Shown piece by piece: positions 12,401-24,319 of a stretch of DNA of 64,000 nt. Position numbers and translations under genes: made by a program. Below the pieces are notes generated by a model. The model made no database searches, was not told the origin of the DNA, and saw only the letters and a list, made by a program, of their open reading frames with translations. The stretch spans positions 124,001 to 188,000 of the forward strand of contig BQFW01000004.1 in the NCBI GenBank assembly GCA_020891255.1, written 5' to 3'. This DNA is from Entomortierella parvispora E1425 (taxonomy: Eukaryota > Fungi > Mortierellomycota). Positions within the stretch are counted from its first letter, which is position 1, and each line of letters starts with the position of its first letter.

Positions 12401-14955
12401 TTTTTCTAGATTTTTTTTGCTTCCATTGCTCCCCTGACTCCCTTACATCCATGAACTGGCTTCTTTCTCCACAAAAGGGTGCCTCCTTCATTCCTGCCAT
12501 ACCCTCCCCTTTTCCCTTTTTTGATCGCACACAACAGCTGACCTGTCTCCACCTCGGCTGCATGGTGTGTGGAGCCGGATGGCGGAGGGTTCAAGTGAAT
12601 GTTTGTGCGTGTGTGTATGTGTGAACAAAAACAAGAAACCCGTCCACGAGAACTTGGTCTGGGAGCATTGGACAGGGTAACTTTGGAGTTTTTTTTGCTC
12701 TGATCCGTGTCTCCCGTTCCCCTTGTGGTCTGTCGCACAAAGCAGAAAAAAAAATAGATCCGTTGCACCATCTTCCACATTTGGACTAACCAATTGGACT
12801 CGCTGCACAAAAAATGGAGATGCCGCGATCTACAAAATCTCAAAGTCTGTATGTACAAGAACGTCCTCCTTTCAGGGACTATCAGGAGAGAGACCATGAT
12901 GTTGTCAAGGCGACGATCCTTCGCACCAAAGCCGGCGCCCTTCCTAATAATCGACCGTGGGAGATATGTCGGTGTCTGTGACACCTTGGACCAAGCCTCT
13001 TGTAACACAACCAACGTACATGTGGACACCAGCAATTGTCAGCCGCAAAGAGTTTGGTCGCCCTTGCAGTCTTTTCGTTTTTTGACCTTGGCTGGACATA
13101 GAATGATCATTCACACAAAAACAGGCTCTAGACCATTTCATGATGGCCACCATTAAAAACTGGTAAATGGCAGCATTGATATGTTTTTTTCACAGGCGTG
13201 TAATCACTTTCCACTCAAGAAGACTTTGGATACGTGAGAACGTAAAGCTGACCATCCCAGCTTTCATCTCCAGTCGCAATGCGAGAGCAAGTGGTCACAT
13301 GATCCAGGCAAATACATAATTTAAGGGTATGAAAACCACGTCGTACTGGGCCTGTCCTGCTGTGGCTCCGTCGCTCAGACTGCAAGTCAGCTTCCAAGAG
13401 CAAGCTGCGATCTATCCAAGTTGCCTGCCTGGGAGAGATTCAATAATGGGCTAGATCGACCGAACGATACTACACAGACAAAACCAATGGTTTACCTTGC
13501 CATCCAGCGGGCAAGACGCGATTTTGGACTTTATTCATATTGCTATCCTGACAATGACTTTTGGATGCAAATTCCTGATGTGCTGTGTGGCTCTCGTTGT
13601 TGCTTTCCAATTTTTGTGCATAGCAATTACTCATGTCCAACGACTTGCCATTGGTCCAGACTCCTTGCCATCCCCCCTATTTGGCCCTGGAGAAGACTTG
13701 ACCACACCAGAAAAATGATTTGACATGGATCGAGTCACCACTGATCGACTGCAACGGCTATTTTTTTGTGCTGCACGCTGTTCTGGCCCCTATCTACGCC
13801 GCATGCAGCAATAACAGACACAAACTAGACGCGACAAAGTGCATGCAGCACCAAGGACGGCCAACGCCGCCGATGGGTGATAACCACACCAGGTGCCTTG
13901 AGCATCATCAGTTCATCTTATTATTCATCTCGGAACAAAATCAGCCGAACCCCTGGGAATTTGAAGACAAAGTGGGCGCAGCATGACAAACCTCACTCCA
14001 GGAAGAGGGACAAGAGAGAGAGGGGGGGGGGGGGAGAGGGAGAGAGACACGACCAAGACCAAAAGGATCACTTCAGGATTTTGGTAACTTCTTTCCTCGT
14101 CATTTTGCTCAGCAATGCTCAGCAATTGAACGAACAAGCAGGCAGGGTGAAGGTTGGGGATGCAAGGACTGGATGGTAATAGGTGGAACAGGGGATGGGG
14201 TGAGGGGTGGATCCAGGAATAAACATGAAAAGCGGATGCAAGCGGCCCAACAACGGTGAGGATCTCGAGCAGGAGGAGCACACGCCACCGAGCACGAATC
14301 GCCACCAAGAAAGGAATCGTTTCGCCGTTCCTTGATTTCTTCTTTCTGCTCCGTCGTATCGTTTGCACCGCTGCCGTTGTCAGGGTGAAAAGGTTAAACT
14401 CGCTGGTCTCTTTGTGTGTCTGAGTCCGAAGATCGGCTAAGTGCTTTGCCTGGATTCGAGTCATGTCCAACGCACTTAGTCCAGTGGATCCTTGGGTTGT
14501 GGCTGTAGACCGCAGGTGCTTGAACAATTGAACATGTTTCTTGCTCCGTCTGCCTTTGGCCGCGCCACTCTCGGCTACATAGTTTGGCTGGCAGCAAAAG
14601 GGCGAAGGGCGAAGGACAAAAAAACATTAAAGTGGCCCAAGACGAAAAGTATAAAAGTATGAGGACGGGGAATTTTTTTTCTCTTTCCCTCCCTCCCACA
14701 ATCGCACGGGCGAAGCACCTCGACAACAACAACATCCCGGCTCTCTTTGCTTTTTGTTTGCTGTCCCCACTTTCTCCATCGCCCCACCCTCCGTTGTCCT
14801 GGGATCTCACCACTCCTGGAGATTCCTTCATTCACTCACCCACCTTCTTGACTCATTCAGTCTCATTTCTTTCCCTCTCTTGCTTGCCTCCTCCCCCCAT
14901 TTAAGCTCGTTGCTCCATCAGCGCAGTGCCCGCCAACTGCAACTCGACCACGCTC

Positions 14956-17900
14956 ATGGCAGACTCGTACCATAAGCACCCCCCAGCTGCCATTGAGACT
15001 GCCAACTGGCTGTCCTACTTCTCATTCAACTGGATCCAGCCTCTGCTGATCAAAGGATGGGTAAGTTTTGGCCCATGACTGCCGTTGTGATTCCGACCGT
15101 TGGGAGAGACGGCAGACTGTTGGTCTCTGTCAAACCCAGGAAAAAAATTCAGAAAAAAGGGGAGACCCCACTTGATCCGATCTGTTGATCTGTTGGGTCG
15201 CTGGCTGTGCTGCGCACCTGTTTCCAATTGAGACGCCTATGATACTAACATCTGCTTCCTCCTCGCTTCCTCCCCTGCCTGCCTGCATCTTTTAGAGCCA
15301 ACCCATTGTCGAGATTGACCTGGACCAGCTCTCCAGGAACGACCACGTCAAGAGACTTACTGATCGACTTCTCCAAGAATGGACACGCGAGGTTGAGAAG
15401 AAACAGGCCAAGGCCAAGGCCACAGGGAAGGCCGCTGAACGCCCCAGCCTGTACCTCGTCCTCTTTCGCTGCTTCGGACTCTATTACAGTCTGTCGCTCT
15501 TTACCGGAGTCCTTGAGTCTGTCTGCAAGATCAGTGAAGCCATCCTCATGGGCTATGTTATCCGCTTCTTTGACAATACAGACATCCCCACGAGTCAGGG
15601 CATGACCTATGCAGTTGCCCTCTTCCTCGTCACTCTATTCCACGGCACCATGCATCATCACTACTTTTTCCCCACAATGCGAACAGGAATGTGGGTCCGT
15701 CAGAGTTTAATCTCGCTCATGTACCGAAAGTGTTTAACTCTTTCCACCTCAAGCTCAATTGCGACCGGCACTGTCGTCAATCTCATTTCTAATGGTAGGT
15801 TATCCTCTTTGTGTCAATTGATGAACTTGTCGACTTGACGTGAAACTAGCCTTTCTAATACTTCTTTTCCCTTTCGCCTCTATTTGCTATCATTAGATGT
15901 CCAACCTTTTGAGAACGCGACCCCCTTCATGCTCTATGCCCTGATTGGACCTGTCGAGATGGCCTTTGTAATGTATTTCCTGTGGAAAGAGATCGAGGTT
16001 GCCTGCCTGTCTGGATTGCTGGTCTTTGCCATCTTGATGCCAGTCCAGACATTCTTTTCTCGTCACTTCGCCACCATTCGAGGCAAGACTGTCAATGCCC
16101 GTGACGAACGTATCCGTACCCTCTCAGACGTCTTTTCCGGCATTGAGCTCGTCAAGCTCTGCGCTTGGGAGGTCCCCTTCCAAGAAAAAATCCTCATGCT
16201 CCGATCGATCGAGCTGGGTTACATCTGGAAGGCCAACATGATGCGTGCCAGTAACATGGCAATCTACTTCTTCTTCCAGCCCCTGATTGCCCTGTTTGTC
16301 TTTGTCACATATTGGCTTCAGGGAAAGACGTTGACGCCGGACAAGGTCTTTGTGTCGCTCACCTTGTTCAATGTGATGCGTCTGACCATGACGTCGTTCT
16401 TCCCTAAGGCCCTCGAGACGATTGCAGAGACCAGAGTCTCTGTCCGCCGTATCACCGACTTCATGCTCTTGCCTGAACTCATTGGAATTGAGAATGAATT
16501 CAAGACTGTGGAGGTGGATGACCTCAAGGAGAATGAAAAGATTGCCGCCAGCAAACTGTTGGACCCCTCTGTCTTGTTGGAAATGAGAGACGCCTCTTTC
16601 TCTTGGACAGTCACCTCGATTGGATCCAGCACGGCTCCAGAACCATCCTCCAAGGAGAAAGAACGCAAGTCTGAACTTGAATTGGCCCAAGAGGACAGCA
16701 GCGACAGCGACAACTTGACCATACACAGCCCCAAGAAGGCGATCCTCAACAATATCACCATGACTTTGCGTAAGGACGATCTGCTGGCGGTTGTTGGACC
16801 TGTCGGATGTGGAAAGTCGAGCTTCTGTATGGCGCTCCTTCAGGAAATGCCTTTGGTATCTGGATCGTTTGTCCTCGCGCATCAGGAAACCCAACGCGTC
16901 AGGATGTCTTACTCTGCTCAATCCCCATGGATCTTCGCCGGAACTATTCGAAGCAACATCTTGTTTGGATCGCAATTTGATCAAGCGCGCTATGACAGGG
17001 TCATCAAGGCCTGTGAGCTGACACGCGATCTCTCTTTGTTCCCCGAAGGAGATGACACCATCATTGGAGAAAAGGGAGTTACTTTGAGTGGTGGCCAGCG
17101 CGCCCGTGTATCGCTTGCCAGGGCCGCATACAGAGAATCGGATGTGTATATCCTGGACGACCCCTTGTCGGCTGTGGATCCCAAGGTTGGCCGTGCCCTC
17201 TTCGAGAACTGCATCAATGGACTGTTGAAGGACAAAGCTCGTATTTTGGTCACCCATCAACTTCAATACATCAAGGATTGCGAGAACGTCATTGTTCTGG
17301 AGCAAGGACAAGTTACCCATACTGGACGCGTGGACGATGTCATGCAAGAGGAAGTCGAGGTGGAAAAGTTGGTCGGCGATGGCGATTCTATCAGGAGCAT
17401 CAAGAAGCGCGCCAAATTTGTGGATGTGCTTCGCGAGTTTGCCAAGAAGGCGCCTGAAGCTACAGAGGATGAGGAAACTGTGGCGATCTTGAAAGCAGAG
17501 GAGTTGAACCAACCTATCCCTGAGGAAGTCCTGAAGCGTGTCAAGTCTCGCGCTGAGAGCGCAAAGGCTGAAGACGATGGTGATGTACCTGAGAAGAACC
17601 TGACCGTTGAAGAGGTGGCTAAGGGCGATACACCTGTGAAAGTTTACTATGACTTTTTCCGCCTTGGATCGACTCCCTTCCGACTCTGCTTGGCGGTCTT
17701 GTCATTGTCAGCCGCTCAAGCGATCAGTGTTTCAGGCGATTTCTTCCTGTCGAACTGGTCACAACTTTCAGAGACGGAGCAGAAGCGGTCTTATTACCCT
17801 ACGGTCTTTGGCGTCTATTGTCTCTCGACAGTGATCATGACGTTGATTCGTTCTTTCCTCTTCTTCTACTGCGTATCGGAAAGTTCGAAAAGTATCTTTA

Positions 17901-19525
17901 AGGCGATGCTGAACGCTTTGCTCAAGACTGGTATCGATTTCTTCCACGCCAACCCGCACGGCCGTGTCTTGAACCGATTCTCCAAGGACATGGCCAACTG
18001 CGACGAGCTGTTGCCGTATACCTTCTTTGATACAACTCAAATCGTGTTCATGTTGTTTGGATCGATTGTGGTCGTCTGCATCGTCAATTTATGGATCGTC
18101 ATTTCAATTCCATTCCTTATCGGTGGATTCATTGCATTGCGCGCAGTTTATCTCCGAACCAGTCGACAGGTCAAGCGTATCGACGGTCAGACTCGTTCCC
18201 CCATTTATTCTCAGCTCTCCGAGACTTTGGATGGATTGACATCTGTCCGTGCTTTTGGTGCTGGGGATCGCTTCATGGCACGTTTTGTAGATGCTCAAGA
18301 GGCCAACGGTCGTGCTTTCTTTGCGTACTTGATTTGCGCGCGTTGGCTGGGCTTCCGCCTTGACGCTCTCTCGGCTTTGTTTTTGGGCGTGACCGCCATT
18401 GCCTGTGTTGCTGTCAGGGATTCCCAAGAAGCCGCCTTGGTCGGACTGGCGCTCAGCTATGTCACTCAGCTCTCTGGAGAACTACAGTGGGCCGTCAGAC
18501 AGAGTGTCGAGGCTGCCATCTTAATGGTCTCTGTCGAACGTATGATGGAATACGCCAATGTGAAGCCTGAAGAGTCAGGTCGCCATCTCTTGAACCCAGA
18601 CGGGACCAGTGTTGTTCCTAACGGTTGGCCCATGGAAGCCAAGGTCACCTTCACGAACATGTCCTTGACCTACCCTCGCGGCGACGGTCCTGTCCTCAAG
18701 AACATCTCATTGGACTTTAGGGCTGGAGAGAAGATTGCCATCGTAGGTAGAACTGGAGCTGGCAAGTCAAGTCTGATTGGAGCTATCTTCCGACTTGTCG
18801 AAACCACAACCGGAAACCCTGCGCACAGAGGAGGAATTATAATTGATGGAATCGACATTAGCAAGATTGGTATGCACGATTTGCGTTCCAAGATGGCCAT
18901 TATTCCACAAGAGCCCTTCTTGTTCAGAGGCACACTTCGATTCAACCTCGACCCCACAGATCAACATCAGGATGCAGACATCTGGGCAGCCCTGGAGGCT
19001 GCGGAGCTCAAGCGACTCGTAGAGTCTTTGGAGGGCGGGTTGGATGCCGTTGTGGACGACAATGGCAAGAATTTCAGTATTGGTGAACGCCAATTGCTCT
19101 CTTTGGCACGCGCGGTGCTCAGACGGTCCAAGATCATTGTCATGGACGAAGCAACAGCGAACGTGGATTTGCAGTCGGATCGTATGATCCAAAAGGCGAT
19201 TCATAACCAGTTCAAGGACGCGACAGTGTTCACTATTGCCCATCGTCTCAACACTGTCATTGAAGGATACGATCGGATCCTGGTCTTGGATCAGGGTCAG
19301 GTCATGGAGTTTGACGATCCTTGGGTCCTCTTGAGCTGCCCCCCTGGAGAGGTTACACCTGCTGATGGATTGGGTGCCTTGGGACCAACACCTGGAGGTG
19401 GTCGCGGATGGCTGAGGAGGATGGTCGCAGACACCGGCGCAGAGAACGAGGCCATGCTGCGACAGGTTGCGAAGGAGCAGTGGGAGCGTCGCAACCCAGG
19501 CGCGGCCCCTCTTCCTAGCTTGTAA
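14956..19525 (+). CDS. ABCC (MRP4-like, no TMD0) ABC transporter, copy A, ~1,410 aa; exons 14956-15060, 15296-15794, 15897-19525
   Basis: N-terminal lasso motif (AxWLSYFSFNW) and TMD1-NBD1-TMD2-NBD2 layout. NBD1 has GPVGCGKSS, LSGGQ and VYILDD; NBD2 has GRTGAGKSS, degenerate FSIGE and IIVMDE. Confidence 0.95.
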
Positions 19526-19687
19526 TTACAAATATTTATATCTTTTTGCATACCATTTGTCCCCCGCCATACTTCTTCCTACCCTGTCTCGCCCAGCATC
19601 AACTACACCATAATAAACACGAATCATGCCAAAGGAAAAAACTTCACTTTGTCCTTGACCGGCACCGCTGCAGCGCGGAGAAGTGCA

Positions 19688-19706
19688 TCACGTGCGACTG
19701 ACGTAA
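19688..19706 (+). promoter_or_regulatory. TCACGTG E-box and adjacent TGACGTAA (CRE-like) element about 300 bp upstream of TOP1
   Basis: Exact motifs at 19688-19694 and 19699-19706 in the short ABCC-A/TOP1 intergenic region. Function is not demonstrated. Confidence 0.3.
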
Positions 19707-19988
19707 CAGAACTTTTTGTGGCTTTGCCGCCGCCTATTTTTGCGCGGTGTTTTTGGGGAGGGCGAAAAAATTGAAGTCGTCGAATCGGAGGACTTTGGTT
19801 TTTTTGCGTATTTCACTGCCTCCTTTTTTTCTCTCTTCTCTTCTTTCCTTTCTTTTCATTCACCCTCACTTTGTTGATTCACATTCACTCTCGCATTCCC
19901 GCTCTTCTCCCCATTCCATTCCCCTCTCGCTCCTTTCACTTCTCCCGCTTGCATTCACACATATCGCTCCTGTCCACCTATCAACGCA

Positions 19989-22900
19989 ATGTCCGACTCT
20001 GAAGACATGCCCCTTGCCATTCGCAAGAAGAACGCCAACAATTCGAGTGGTAAGTAAACACTTGGCCAACCCCCCCCCCCCAGCCCACTTGTACTGACGG
20101 CAGCAGTACCCAGGACGGATGTTTGGCTCCCCCCTATCCAACTTCCAGCCCTTCACACTTCAAGGATAGGTCATGGCCACCCTTTTCCTCACTGCCGATC
20201 TGGTTGTACACACAGATACACACCTTTAAAATAACGCGAAAAGAGCTGTGAACAACCACAAAAAAGCGCGTTTCTGTAGTGTGCACTGTTCCGACTTCTG
20301 TTTTTCTTCTTTTTTTTTCTCTCTCTCTCTCTCTTTCTTTTTTCTTTCTGGTTCTTTGATGGCAACGCTCATCGGAGGATAGTTGGCAAGATCAGAAATG
20401 TGGACCTGTTTATTGTTTGTTCGGAGGGATAAGACTGCAACATGTGTGGTGTTTGCTGAGGAGAGAAAGAGGGAGGGAGTGAGTGAGGGAAATTGCTGTC
20501 GATGATTAAGGAATGGGGTGAATAACAGTAAAACACCACGTCTGACGACCAAGGGGAAAGACGACCACAGCTTCTTTGTTGACGACGACCAACCTTTTTT
20601 TGTGCAATTGTTTCGATCCACGCGGGCATTTGCAACTAAAGTGGTGCAGGGTCTGCAGTCCGTTGTGGAGAGAGTGACGGGGGACTGGAGTGGGGCAAAC
20701 GGGGTGAAGGCACAAAATCAGAGAACGTGGATATATCGTATGTGAGCGGCATGCTTGATCGATATGGTGGCAAAAATAGACCATCTCCACCCACTGGACA
20801 TGGGTGAATGGAGCGCCATTGGGGGGAGGGGAGATGGATTCAATGGCCACATGCAAAAGCATAATGACGATCTGTACTAACGACATCATCTTTTCTTCGT
20901 GTGTCGGCTAGACCACAGCGACAGCGACTCTGACGTCCCCCTCGGCAAGCGCAAAAGATCTGCAGCACGCCAAGTTATCAAGGACGATGATGAGGACGAT
21001 GAAAGCATCCAGAACAGTGGCAGCGACTCGGACAAGCCTCTCGTCAAGCGCACACGCCCTGCCGTCAGAAGGAAAACCTACCAGGAGGACGACGACAGTG
21101 ACGACGATGATGATGGCGACTACAACTCCAACCACAAAAACGGATCGGCATCTAAAAAGTCAAAAGACTCCAACTCCTCGGACTCGGATGTGGCTCTAGC
21201 AAAGAGGAAACCCACCACCAACGGGAATGGTGACGCAAAACGCACCAAGAGTGCCCCAAAATACAAAGAGGAATCCTCCGACTCTGATTCGGAAATGCCC
21301 TTGGTACGGAAACAAGTCGATCGTGCCGCTTCAGCCCGCTTTGACTTGACATGTCCCCATTTCTGATGTGGCCTCATCTAACGGAGTTTGTTTTTTTTTT
21401 CATTGCAACAGGCGAAGAAGGCTTCTGCCAAGAAGGAGGCTCCTGCCAAGAAGGCTGCCGCCAAAGTCAAGGTAGAATCTGGCTCATCTAAAACGAGCAA
21501 GTCAACTAGCAAGTCAACTAGCAATGGAAAGACCGCCACCTCGAAGAGTCGCGTCAAGAGTGAGCCTGAATCCGACACAAAGCCCAAGAAGCCCAAGAAG
21601 GAAGAAGAGGAGGAGGAGGACTTGAACGCTTGGTGGCTGAACCAGAACGAAAACGAGGACGACAGTGTAAAGTGGACGTCCCTCCATCACAACGGCGTCT
21701 TTTTCCCCCCTGAGTACATCCCTCATGGTGTCAAGATGAAGTATGAAGGTAAACCCAACCCTCCCTGAGTTTGCTGCAAATCAAAGTCTCTTCTGGTTAT
21801 CCCATTTGGCCTAGAATCTGACTGTGTGATTCTCTCTATTGTAGGCAAGGCCATTACGCTTGCTCCTGAGGTAGAGGAGGTCGCCTCCTTTTTCGGAGCC
21901 ATGTTGCACACTGAGCATGCTGAGAACCCAACCTTCCGGGAAAACTTCTTTAAGGACTTTTCAAAGCTTGCTAAGCGTCACAAGACTGTAAGGGCACCCC
22001 CTGTCAACATTTATAGTCGATTGCAATTGCGATCATGATCGGGTTTACATGGATGATACTCATTGGAGACCCCTCCTCATTTTGAATTATTAGGTCCCTG
22101 AGATCAAGTCCTTTTCCAAGTGCGACTTCACGCCCATGTATGAGTACTTCCAGGCTGAGAGAGAGATGAAGAAGAGCATGACTAAGGAGCAGAAGCAGTC
22201 TTTGAAGGAAGAAAAGTTGGCGCTGGAGGAGCAATACGGTATCTGTTATTTGGATGGACGCAAGGAGAAGGTCGGAAACTTCCGCATCGAACCTCCAGGT
22301 CTCTTCCGCGGTCGCGGAAAGCATCCCAAGACTGGTTGCCTCAAGGTATATTTTCTTGGATCGTATATGTGTAATCATTACGGCATTCATTGACGGACGA
22401 AAATACCAACTATTTTTTTTTTCCGTTTATAGCTTCGTGTCCAACCTGAGCAAGTGACTCTCAATTTGAGTAAGGATGCCCCTGTTCCCAAGGCGCCTGC
22501 TGGTCACAAGTGGGCCAAGATTGTTCACGACGACACAAAGACATGGTTGGCGACTTGGAAGGAAAACGTCAATGACTCGACCAAGTACGTCTTCTTGGCC
22601 GCTGGCAGTTCCTTGAAGGGTCAGTCCGATATGAAGAAGTTTGAGGTGGCTCGTCGTCTCAAGGGAGAGATTGAAGGAATCCGTCGTGGATACATGGCGG
22701 ATCTCAAGGACAAGAAGATGTTTATCCGTCAGCGTGCCACGGCAATGTACTTGATCGATCGATTGGCGCTCAGAGCCGGAAATGAGAAGGGCGAGGACGA
22801 GGCCGATACTGTGGGCTGCTGCTCCCTTCGATATGAGCATGTGACGCTGGAGAAGCCCGACATCATGCATCTCGACTTTTTGGGTAAGGATTCGATCCGA

Positions 22901-24040
22901 TTCCAGAAGGACATGAAGGTCGACGAGCAGGTCTTCAAGAACATTCGTCTCTTCAAGCGCGAGCCCGCTCAGGAAGGAGATGAACTCTTTGATCGCCTCA
23001 AGGTAACGCAAGTCGTTTTCCTTTTTTTTTTTTCTTTTCCGTTGTGAGGACTTGACTTGGTACTGACTTTTTTGGAATCTTCATGTTTTAGACCTCGGAG
23101 CTGAACAAGCATCTTCAGAATCTCATGCCCGGTCTTACTGCCAAGGTGTTCCGTACCTACAACGCTTCCTTCACTTTCCAGGATCAGTTGCAAAAGCTGA
23201 CCCCCGCCGACGGCACTGTAGCTGAAAAGCTCTTGGCTTACAACCGTGCCAACCGCGAAGTCGCCATTTTGTGTAACCATCAAAGGGCTGTCAGCAAGGG
23301 CCACGCTGGTCAAATGGAAAAGATTCAGGACAAGGTAAAGACGAACATCCCTCTTTTGGGAGGCATCTCCTACGTTATTTTAAGATTTTTGGAATGCTCC
23401 TTTTTTGCATACATACATGTATTCATTCTCTCTCTTTTTTTTTTTTTTTTTTTTTTTGTGGTAGATCCGCGCCCTCAAGTACCAAAAGTACAAGCTGAAG
23501 CGTACGATTTTGACGCTGGAGCCAAAGTTGAAGAAGAAGCGTCCTGAGTTTTTGGAGCCCGAGTCAGATCTGGAGGACAGCTGGATGGACGAGTATGAGG
23601 TTCAGCTGATGGCCAAGGAGAAGGAGAAGGTGACGCTGAAATGGGAGAAGGAGAACCAAAGGCGTAAGGAGAACAAGGAGAAGCCCCAGACAGAGAAGGA
23701 GTTGAAGGACATGTTGAAGGAGGTCGATGCCCGGGCCAAGGAATTGGCCAAGGAGCGGAAATCTGGAAATGTCCCTGGTGCCCGAGGCGCCACGGTCGAG
23801 AAGTGCGAGGCCCAACTCTTGAAGTTGGACGAGCGCATTGCGGCGACGCGCACGGCCATGACGGACAAGGATGAGAACAAGCAGACGGCCTTGGGAACGT
23901 CCAAGATCAACTACATTGACCCTCGTATCTCTACGGCCTGGTGTCAAAAGTACGATGTGCCTCTGGAAAAGATCTTTACAAAGATCTTGCGTGACAAGTT
24001 TAAGTGGGCCATGACCGTGGATCCTGACTGGGAGTTTTAA
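19989..24040 (+). CDS. TOP1: DNA topoisomerase I (type IB); exons 19989-20049, 20912-21303, 21412-21748, 21845-21987, 22094-22345, 22433-23002, 23092-23334, 23465-24040
   Basis: [48 protein letters not shown] and the catalytic GTSKINY motif. Lys/Ser/Asp-rich N-terminus. All GT-AG junctions are in phase. Confidence 0.97.
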
Positions 24041-24319
24041 AAAGAATGAAAAAAAAACAAACTCGGAGACATCCTATCGACATAGACAAGGGAGTTTTTC
24101 TTTTTCGTATTGAGTCCTCTCTTGCTCGTTTCAAGAAGAAAAAAAAATACGTACATCCTTACACCATCCATACAGCAACATGCATTCCGTCCTTCACACG
24201 CGTGAACAATGAAGGCCTTTGCCATATGAAAATAAAAATTGAGAAAGACTCTTTATTGAGAACTACAATAACTCATTCTACACTTCACTACCTGTCCATG
24301 GTTCGAACCGAGTCTGCAT

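Noticed and set aside
13925-14527. 200-codon minus-strand ORF with a hydrophobic stretch
   Set aside because: TTG start, no recognisable motif, and the 3' half runs through low-complexity C/T tracts. It probably is promoter DNA, although expression cannot be excluded.
16124-17512. 462-aa antisense ORF over ABCC-A, and similar antisense ORFs over TOP1, the Skg3-like gene and the kinesin
   Set aside because: Shadow frames produced by codon bias of the real sense-strand genes; no independent motifs.
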